DNA from: Nitrosarchaeum sp.
GTDB taxonomy: Archaea > Thermoproteota > Nitrososphaeria > Nitrososphaerales > Nitrosopumilaceae
Length of the DNA stretch: 64,000 bases
Reading direction: 5' to 3'
Assembly: GCA_965223865.1 (NCBI GenBank)
Contig: OZ245020.1
Span: forward strand, 640,001-704,000
The notes below the pieces were generated by a model. The model ran no database searches. It saw nothing but the letters and a program-made list of their open reading frames with translations, and had not been told where the DNA came from. Made by a program: the position numbers and the translations under genes. Numbering within the stretch: position 1 is the first letter of the stretch; the number at the start of each line of letters is the position of its first letter. Shown piece after piece: positions 56,920 through 64,000 of the stretch.

Positions 56920-57984
56920 ATGAAGAAAATTTTTCTTAGTTTATTTCTGATTTTAATGCTATTTCCAATTTCACAAAGTTACTCTCAAACGTATGACAAG
57001 GAGCCTACCTTATCAGTCAAACTTACAAGTGAATCCCCTTATGTATATCAGGATGACGAAGGATACACCATAGTTGTTGGTTCTGTTGAAAATACTAATC
57101 CCTTAACTGCAGTTACCAATGTACAAATTCGCGCAACATTTTACGACTATGTTAGTTTTAGTCCTCTAGAAGTTGTCAAAGGAGGTACAGTCTTAGATGT
57201 AATTCCTTCACTTGGTACATCCCCATATGTGATAAAGTCAAACACACCCAATCCTCAAATTACTCAAGCAACTGTTTTTCTAGAAACCTTTGATTCATCT
57301 CTTTCAAAATCCAAACTTCTTATCCTAGAATCAACAGATATCTTTGTAAAGGATAGTCTTGTATTTTCTGGAATTTTAACAAATGGACCTGCCCCTGCAA
57401 CTGATGCAAATGTTTACTTGGCTTTCTATGATGCATTTGAGCCTCCCAGAATTTTGGGCATCTCTACAATTCCTATTGGCGAAATGGAACCAAACGAGAA
57501 AATTCCATTTGAATTCAATAAAAAAATAGATCCTAGATCTGTAGGATTTAACCTGTTTTCTGAATCTGATGTATTTTACTCAGATTTTATTAATATTGAA
57601 ATTCCAGATCCTGAAATACTAACCAAACGGGTGACCATATCTGATGTTTCGGTAACTGATTTCCAGGGAAATAGTCTTCCTGAAATAAAACTAGGCACTA
57701 CAGTAAAAATTCAAAGTGATTCATGGATAGAACTATCACCTGATCATACATCAAATGAGATACCATACAGATACTATGTCCAAATAAAGGAATCTGGTGA
57801 AAAACCCTATGTTGAATTTATTGGAAAATATGATGGCCGATACATTGAAGGTGGTTCACAAACTCAATCAATTGACTGGATTCCAGAAAAAAGAGGTGTA
57901 TTTTTCATAGAGACCTTTGTCTGGGATAGAAGCAATGTACCAATAGCAGACCCAGGCCCTATTGCATTAATTATAGTAAGCTAG
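56920..57984 (+). CDS. Secreted beta-sandwich protein (FxLYD-like domains)
   Basis: Signal peptide; VVGSVEN..NVQIRATFYD and VYLAFYD. Confidence 0.75.
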   Translation: MKKIFLSLFLILMLFPISQSYSQTYDKEPTLSVKLTSESPYVYQDDEGYTIVVGSVENTNPLTAVTNVQIRATFYDYVSFSPLEVVKGGTVLDVIPSLGTSPYVIKSNTPNPQITQATVFLETFDSSLSKSKLLILESTDIFVKDSLVFSGILTNGPAPATDANVYLAFYDAFEPPRILGISTIPIGEMEPNEKIPFEFNKKIDPRSVGFNLFSESDVFYSDFINIEIPDPEILTKRVTISDVSVTDFQGNSLPEIKLGTTVKIQSDSWIELSPDHTSNEIPYRYYVQIKESGEKPYVEFIGKYDGRYIEGGSQTQSIDWIPEKRGVFFIETFVWDRSNVPIADPGPIALIIVS

Positions 57985-58016
57985 TAGATTTATTTTATAA
58001 CAATCCATCTCTTATC

Positions 58017-58481
58017 ATGTCCGAATTTAATCTAGTTGCAATGGGTGGGACATTTGATATTATTCACAAAGGCCACATTACATTACTTACAAAGGCATTT
58101 TCAATCTCATCTAAAGTGATTATTGGCCTTACCAGTGATGAGTTAGCAAAAAGAAAAGGTAAAAAAATTCAAAATCAATATGATATAAGAAAAGAAAATT
58201 TAGAAAATATGATTAAAATCAAATTTCCAAATATCTCGTATCAAATAAGCAAATTAGACAATGATTTTGGTCCTGCTGTTTTAGAAGAAGGAGTTCAGGC
58301 ATTGGTGGTAAGTGAAGAGACAGAAAATCAGGGTTCAGTATTAAATCAACTTCGGTCTGAAAAGAACCTAACTCTAGTAAAAGTAGTGGTAGTTCCAATG
58401 GTCATGGCAAAAGATGGAAATCGAATATCTACAACTAGAATAAAAAACTGCGAAATAGATACTCAAGGAAACTTGTCTTGA
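58017..58481 (+). CDS. coaD: Phosphopantetheine adenylyltransferase (archaeal type)
   Basis: GGTFDIIHKGH, GLTSD, LVVSEET and ISTTRI. Confidence 0.9.
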   Translation: MSEFNLVAMGGTFDIIHKGHITLLTKAFSISSKVIIGLTSDELAKRKGKKIQNQYDIRKENLENMIKIKFPNISYQISKLDNDFGPAVLEEGVQALVVSEETENQGSVLNQLRSEKNLTLVKVVVVPMVMAKDGNRISTTRIKNCEIDTQGNLS

Positions 58482-58545
58482 GTTGACTAGATGATTGTTA
58501 ATTTTTTAGTAATCGGAATAAAACAATATTTCTGAATTTAGTCCT

Positions 58546-58875
58546 ATGGCAATCATAAATAACATGATGAAAAAAATCAATTCAGATATCTCTTATCTTC
58601 AACAAGGTCTTCACCCTGAAAATCTATCTTATTGGTACGATAAAATAATTAAAGAAACAATTGAGATGGCACCTCCGTGGCTTGAAGACAAGATCAAAGT
58701 CAAACAGGACCCAATTCTTACCATGAAATTTAATTTAGATATCTCAAAAAGAGCAGTCAGATACTTTATGATTGCAGTTGATAATAACTTGGATGATATG
58801 CCATCTTCAACTAAACTGTATTTTCTCAAGGTTCAAGAAATGTTGGGAATTGAAATGGACAAATCTCTGGTTTGA
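58546..58875 (+). CDS. Conserved thaumarchaeal hypothetical protein
   Basis: Clean 109-aa ORF. Confidence 0.7.
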   Translation: MAIINNMMKKINSDISYLQQGLHPENLSYWYDKIIKETIEMAPPWLEDKIKVKQDPILTMKFNLDISKRAVRYFMIAVDNNLDDMPSSTKLYFLKVQEMLGIEMDKSLV

Positions 58876-58940
58876 TTATAGTTTCAGGCATAAGTTATAG
58901 CTCTAACTATCTATAACCATAAAACTTTGAATAATTAACG

Positions 58941-59639
58941 ATGGACCTTTACAAAGCAAAATATTCTGATAAAAAATCTGGAAGAATTTCTAAATCAAAC
59001 AAAAATAGATTTGATAGAAATTTCCGAGATACCCCTCGCTCTTTTAGGAATTCTCGTCAATCTAATTCTAAATTTGATAGAAATAGAGAATTGTTTAACG
59101 TAACCTGTGGCGATTGTGGAATAGAATGTAAAATTCCTTTTGAGCCAAAATTTAACAAACCTGTTTACTGTAGCAAATGCTTTGAAAAAAATGAACCAAG
59201 AAAATCAAGAAGATCAAGCAATTCTAAAGATGACCGATCCCGAGAAAGATATTCCAGGGATATCAATAAACCAAAAAAATCAAAAAGTGATAAATTTCAA
59301 AAAAAGCAAGAGAGTTTCTATTCAGGTGGTTCTGAAAAATTTTATGAATCTCTTAAAGAAAAATTATTTGAGATCCTTGGGGGTAAGGTATGTTCTAGTT
59401 GTGGGTTTAGAGATGTAAGAGCATTAGGATTTACACACATTTACGATACTGATGCTTTTGATCGAATTCGAAGAGGTGGATTTGCATCATCATGGGGAAA
59501 ATATATCGCTGAACCTGATTTGGCTAGAAAAGAACTACGAATTCTTTGCTTGAATTGTAATGAAATAAGAGAACCTCAAAGAAAAACAGAATCTGAAAAA
59601 CCCAAAAAAAGAGCCGATATTTTCCACGATGATCATTAA
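58941..59639 (+). CDS. CxxC-x17-CxxC zinc-ribbon protein with an HNH-like C-terminal domain
   Basis: TCGDCG..C.IPFEP...PVYCSKCF; CSSCG..D.RAL.F.HI...LRILCLNCN. Confidence 0.75.
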   Translation: MDLYKAKYSDKKSGRISKSNKNRFDRNFRDTPRSFRNSRQSNSKFDRNRELFNVTCGDCGIECKIPFEPKFNKPVYCSKCFEKNEPRKSRRSSNSKDDRSRERYSRDINKPKKSKSDKFQKKQESFYSGGSEKFYESLKEKLFEILGGKVCSSCGFRDVRALGFTHIYDTDAFDRIRRGGFASSWGKYIAEPDLARKELRILCLNCNEIREPQRKTESEKPKKRADIFHDDH

Positions 59640-59695
59640 AAATCACTCTTGAGAATTTGTTAACACTTTAATTATAATAATTTTGGACTAATTTT

Positions 59696-59779
59696 ATGAG
59701 TGGAGACTTTAAGGCACTAGGACTAAGTCTAATTGCAATGGTTGGAATAATTGCATTTTATGCAGCATTTATGAAATAG
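59696..59779 (+). CDS. 27-aa single-TM microprotein candidate
   Basis: MSGDFKALGLSLIAMVGIIAFYAAFMK*; TTTAATTA about 29 nt upstream. Confidence 0.45.
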   Translation: MSGDFKALGLSLIAMVGIIAFYAAFMK

Positions 59780-59780
59780 T

Positions 59781-60062
59781 TCATCCTTTGACAATTTCTA
59801 CATCCTGTTCCAAAACTAACGTTGAAATTATCTTATGCTCTTTATCAATTACTGACTGAATAAAATCTGCAAAAATTTCTACGTGATTTTCATCTTTTAG
59901 AAGAATACTGTGAGCTGATTTGTCCTTTAGGGAAACTACTAACTCATTTTCTATAACATTAAGAATTGATGTGATAAATGTCTCCTTTGCTTCTTTGATA
60001 AAAATTAGACTGGCAAGTTTTTGAGCCTCATATTTGTCTTCACAACTTACTCGAATTTTCAT
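59781..60062 (-). CDS. Hypothetical protein coupled to trpS
   Basis: ATG overlaps the trpS stop codon. Confidence 0.7.
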   Translation of the reverse strand: MKIRVSCEDKYEAQKLASLIFIKEAKETFITSILNVIENELVVSLKDKSAHSILLKDENHVEIFADFIQSVIDKEHKIISTLVLEQDVEIVKG

Positions 60063-61171
60063 TTATTCTCAAAAAGAAATTGGTCTATCTGGTCTTTTGC
60101 TTTTTCTCTTTTTTCTTGATGCACAGAAAGGAATTGATTTATTTTTTCAATCAAAATAGCCTTTAACTCACCAGTTAACATTTTTCCAGATTTGTAATCC
60201 TCATAGATGGAATTGAGTTTGCCGTCGTCTGGTTCAAAGAATATTCTGAGATATTGATATGAAACATCAATGTCTGGATTTCCTCCTATCTTTCTATGTT
60301 GCTCTATATCTGGCTGTCCTCCTGAAAATGCATACTTGTTGATTTTCTTTTTTACAACATTTGGAGAGTCAGTAGTGTATACAGTTCCATTTTCATCAGA
60401 TGCTGACATCTTTCCACCAGGTCCTCCTAATCCTGGAATCATAATATTGTGAACCAGAGCAGGTTTGGGTTTTCCAATTTTTGGTGCAATGTCTCGAGTT
60501 AATCTGAAATGTGGATCCTGATCAACACCTAATGGAATCAAAACAGGTTTGTCTTCAATAAAACAGGGTGCCGATTGCAAAGATGTATAGAAAATCATTC
60601 CAATGTTGGTTTCGTTTGTAAATCCAAAGACTGCTTTAGTATTTGAAAAGTTTATTTTTTTTGCAACTTGAGCAGCTATTGGATATAGAGTTTGAATATT
60701 TTTTGTATTGATTATTATCTTAGTGTTTTCAGGTCTAAATCCAAGTGCAATGAAGTCAAGTGCATTTTCATAAGCAAATTTGCTGGTATCTTCCAAACTC
60801 AAATTTTGTTTTGAGAAGAATTTTTCATCATCAGTTAGTTGAAAATACATATTTACTCCAAATTTTTCCTGTAACCATTTTGCAAAAACCCATGGAACTA
60901 AATGACCAATATGAGTATGACCTGACGGACCACGGCCAGTATAAAGAAAGAATTTTTCTCCTTTTTCATAATCTTCTAAAATTCTACTCATCTCTCGATG
61001 TGAGAAAAAAATACCTCTTCTTAACATAAAATGGTCCTCTCCTGCAATTTTCTTTATTTTATCTAAAACTGCATTTGAAATTTTTTCAGTACCAAACTTC
61101 TTTATCAGTTTATCATAATCAATATCCCCTTCCACATGCCAAGGAGTTACAACAAAGTCATCAACTGACAT
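60059..61171 (-). CDS. trpS: Tryptophanyl-tRNA synthetase
   Basis: VTPW, YTGRGPS, HIGH, DQDPHFR and KMSAS. Confidence 0.97.
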   Translation of the reverse strand: MSVDDFVVTPWHVEGDIDYDKLIKKFGTEKISNAVLDKIKKIAGEDHFMLRRGIFFSHREMSRILEDYEKGEKFFLYTGRGPSGHTHIGHLVPWVFAKWLQEKFGVNMYFQLTDDEKFFSKQNLSLEDTSKFAYENALDFIALGFRPENTKIIINTKNIQTLYPIAAQVAKKINFSNTKAVFGFTNETNIGMIFYTSLQSAPCFIEDKPVLIPLGVDQDPHFRLTRDIAPKIGKPKPALVHNIMIPGLGGPGGKMSASDENGTVYTTDSPNVVKKKINKYAFSGGQPDIEQHRKIGGNPDIDVSYQYLRIFFEPDDGKLNSIYEDYKSGKMLTGELKAILIEKINQFLSVHQEKREKAKDQIDQFLFENK

Positions 61172-61222
61172 TTATTTTGACTTAGGTTAAGGTTTAAAAA
61201 GTCTTTTTCGAACTTTCTGCTG

Positions 61223-62611
61223 TTGTCACAAGTTTTTCATGAGATTGAAAAAAAAATTATCACAGCTCTAAAAGAGACTTCAAAACAATCAATGGAAGAA
61301 CTTGAAAAATCAACCAATCTTTCACCTGATCAAATTAGAAGAGGAATAGAGTGGCTTAGATTAAAGGACTTGGCAAATGTTAGTGAATCAAAAACCATTA
61401 CTCTTTCACTTGGGAAAAATGGTATTGAAGCATTTGAAAAAGGATTGCCTGAAAAAAGATTACTTGATTTACTAAAAGACACGCCAAAAAAAATCAAGGA
61501 TTTACAAAGAGAACTTGGTTCTATTTTTGGTCCAGCAATGGGTTTAGCACGAAAAAACAATTGGATTGAATCTTCAAATGATGAAATTATTTTAAAAAAC
61601 TATCCTGATAATCTCCCAGGAGAAAATACCATAAAAAAAATTGGAAAAGGCAAAGAACTCAAAAACCAGATTAATAAAAATGACTTAACTAGTCTTTTAA
61701 AAAGACCTGATTTTATAGTTGAGGAGGTAATATCCTCAAAGGAAATCTCTCTAACAGAGAATGCGAAATCCATTAAAATCTCTGAATCTCAAGGAGCCAT
61801 TGATGTTGAAGCCAAAGTTCCTGAGATATTTGTAGCAAGAACTCATCCTCTAAAAGATACGATTGATGAAATTCGGGAAATTTTTGTCACATTGGGATTC
61901 ACTGAAATCATTGGCAACCTGACTCAATCAAGCTTTTGGAATTTTGATGCATTATTTACTCCTCAAGATCATCCTGCAAGAGAATTACAAGATACATTCT
62001 ATCTTAATGGCATATCTGCAAAAAAGATTGGAACCTCAGAGCAGATAAGAAAAGTTTCTGAATCTCATAAGAAAGGATGGAATTATCTTTGGGATATTAA
62101 TGAAGCCAGAAAAGTGGTTTTACGAACTCATACGACTTGTGTAACGATTAAACATCTAGCAGAAAACAAACCTGATGAAGCAAGAGTTTTTTCACTGGGA
62201 CGCGTGTTCAGAAATGAAAAAGTTAGCTACAAACATCTCGTAGAATTTAATCAAATAGAAGGAGTTGTTGTAGGAAAAAATGCAACACTTCGAGACTTGA
62301 TGGGAATTCAAAGAGAATTCTATAAAAGGATTGGAATTACAAAAATAAAGTTCTGGCCTACATTTTTCCCATACACAGAACCATCTCTGCAAACAATGGT
62401 TTTCAATGACCGATTAGGAAAATGGGTAGAACTATTTGGGATGGGTATTTTTAGACCTGAAGTGACAAAACCCCTTGGAATCAATAAACCAGTTTTAGCT
62501 TGGGGTGGTGGGATAGAGAGAATTGCCATGTTAAAGTACGGTCTTGATGATGTAAGAGAATTTTACAATAATGATCTTAATTGGTTAAGGAGTGCAACAA
62601 ATTGCCAGTAG
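61223..62611 (+). CDS. pheS: Phenylalanyl-tRNA synthetase alpha subunit
   Basis: WNFDALF.PQDHPARELQDTF, LRTHTT and FPYTEPS. Confidence 0.97.
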   Translation: MSQVFHEIEKKIITALKETSKQSMEELEKSTNLSPDQIRRGIEWLRLKDLANVSESKTITLSLGKNGIEAFEKGLPEKRLLDLLKDTPKKIKDLQRELGSIFGPAMGLARKNNWIESSNDEIILKNYPDNLPGENTIKKIGKGKELKNQINKNDLTSLLKRPDFIVEEVISSKEISLTENAKSIKISESQGAIDVEAKVPEIFVARTHPLKDTIDEIREIFVTLGFTEIIGNLTQSSFWNFDALFTPQDHPARELQDTFYLNGISAKKIGTSEQIRKVSESHKKGWNYLWDINEARKVVLRTHTTCVTIKHLAENKPDEARVFSLGRVFRNEKVSYKHLVEFNQIEGVVVGKNATLRDLMGIQREFYKRIGITKIKFWPTFFPYTEPSLQTMVFNDRLGKWVELFGMGIFRPEVTKPLGINKPVLAWGGGIERIAMLKYGLDDVREFYNNDLNWLRSATNCQ

Positions 62612-64000
62612 TTGAATTATCTTATTCTAGACTCCAAAAATTAATTGGAAATGTTTCAAAAAAGCAAATATCTGACTCACTACCTTTTCTAGGATTGGAT
62701 ATTGAATCAGAAGAAGGAGATGTAGTTAGAGTAGAGTATAGTCCCAACAGACCTGATTATTCAACTGATTTTGGAATTACTCTTGGTTTGCAAGGATTAC
62801 TTGGAATTAAAACTGGAGCAATAAACTTGAAAATAAAAAAATCCAACTATTATACCCTTAATGTAAAACCAGGAGTATCAAAGATTCGTCCATTTGTCAC
62901 AGGAATTGTAGCCAAAAGCGGAAAGATAGATGACAAAATTATCAAACAATTAATGGTGATGCAAGAAGATCTTCATTTTGGCATTGGAAGAAAAAGAAAA
63001 AAATCTTCAATTGGAATCCATGACCTTGATAAAATTTCATTTCCCTTGACATATACTACAGCTAAAAGATCTTACAAGTTCATACCTCTAAATTCTGATG
63101 CTGAACTTTCAATTTCAGAAATTCTCAAAGACACAGATGTGGGAAAAGACTATGGAGATATTTTGGGAAACTCTTCTCAAGTTCCAATAATAATTGATTC
63201 AACACAAAAAACAGTGTCATTTCCGCCTATCATTAATGCTGCTGTTACGACTGTTACTACCAAAACAAAGAATCTCTTTGTAGAAGTTACTGGAATCAGT
63301 AAACAAGACGCTGAAGATATGCTTTCAATAGTTGCTACAATTCTTCAAACGGCAGGATTTTCTTTGGTAAACGTAAAAATTTCAGGTTCTAAAAACACCT
63401 CTCCAAAACTAGAATCAAAAAATATGACCATAACTCCAACTCTGATTAATCAAACCTTGGGATTGACTCTCAAAACTCCAAAAATTCTTTCATCACTAAA
63501 AAAATCAAGACTAGATGCAATATCAAAGGGTAAAAATATTGTTTGTACAATACCTTCATATCGATTTGATATTCTTGGGCCAATGGACTTGGTAGAAGAA
63601 GTTGCATTGGGTTTTGGAATTCAAAATTTAGAACCTGAATTGTCTCCATCTCAAACAATAGGACAAATAAATAATGTTTCAATGAATCTAAAATCTCTTT
63701 CACAAACAATGATTGGACTTGGATATTCTGAAGCCCTAAACTCTAGCTTAACAAGTAAACGAGTATTATATGAAATGATAAATAGAGAACCTAAAAAAAT
63801 TATCTCCGTTTTAGACTCGAAAAGCCAAGAGCATACAATTCTTCGTGATTCTATACTTCCTGAATTAATTGAAAATCTATCCCGTAACATTCATGCATCA
63901 TATCCTCAAAAATTGTTTGAGACTGGAACTATATTTTCAGAAGATAAACCTATCCAAGAAAAAATTAGTTTAGCAGGAATAAGTGCTCATCGAAATGCAA
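62602..64000 (+). CDS. pheT: Phenylalanyl-tRNA synthetase beta subunit (runs off the window end)
   Basis: TTG start, MPVVELSY, YSPNRPDY, MQEDLH, SFPPIIN, YRFDI...DLVEEVA; absent from the ORF track because no stop is in the window. Confidence 0.95.
   Translation, partial: MPVVELSYSRLQKLIGNVSKKQISDSLPFLGLDIESEEGDVVRVEYSPNRPDYSTDFGITLGLQGLLGIKTGAINLKIKKSNYYTLNVKPGVSKIRPFVTGIVAKSGKIDDKIIKQLMVMQEDLHFGIGRKRKKSSIGIHDLDKISFPLTYTTAKRSYKFIPLNSDAELSISEILKDTDVGKDYGDILGNSSQVPIIIDSTQKTVSFPPIINAAVTTVTTKTKNLFVEVTGISKQDAEDMLSIVATILQTAGFSLVNVKISGSKNTSPKLESKNMTITPTLINQTLGLTLKTPKILSSLKKSRLDAISKGKNIVCTIPSYRFDILGPMDLVEEVALGFGIQNLEPELSPSQTIGQINNVSMNLKSLSQTMIGLGYSEALNSSLTSKRVLYEMINREPKKIISVLDSKSQEHTILRDSILPELIENLSRNIHASYPQKLFETGTIFSEDKPIQEKISLAGISAHRNA

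Overview
AT-rich archaeal DNA from an ammonia-oxidising Nitrososphaerota, most likely family Nitrosopumilaceae (amoB/amoC/amoX/amoA cluster with probable amoY/amoZ, Nitrosopumilus-like gene order). It has three parts. (1) Positions 1-14.75 kb are the right arm of a decaying integrated mobile element anchored by a tyrosine integrase at tRNA-Arg(TCT); the other att site is not visible in the window. It carries an IS5-like relic, a TIMP-like secreted protein, a TPR protein, a phage-type adenine methylase among zinc-finger genes, a Topo VI-A-like 'Mini-A' gene, repeated single-CxxC microprotein pairs, a 13-bp-phased origin-like repeat array, a membrane/wHTH gene with a candidate -1 frameshift, and a 17-bp inverted repeat bracketing the integrase. 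(2) Positions 24.8-33.3 kb hold four tandem genes for secreted thrombospondin type-3-like repeat proteins (67 DGCP repeats counted by eye) with 6-repeat and 5-repeat higher-order periods and module swaps at a conserved GACGGCTGCCC core. (3) The rest is core genome: tRNA modification, KEOPS, TBP, ribosomal proteins, aminoacyl-tRNA synthetases, five tRNAs (one with two introns) and a probable C/D box sRNA. The best candidates for an undescribed system are the 10.4-14.8 kb core module of the element, the repeat-shuffling TSP3 array and the paired CxxC microproteins. All family calls come from motif recognition by eye; no database searches were run.
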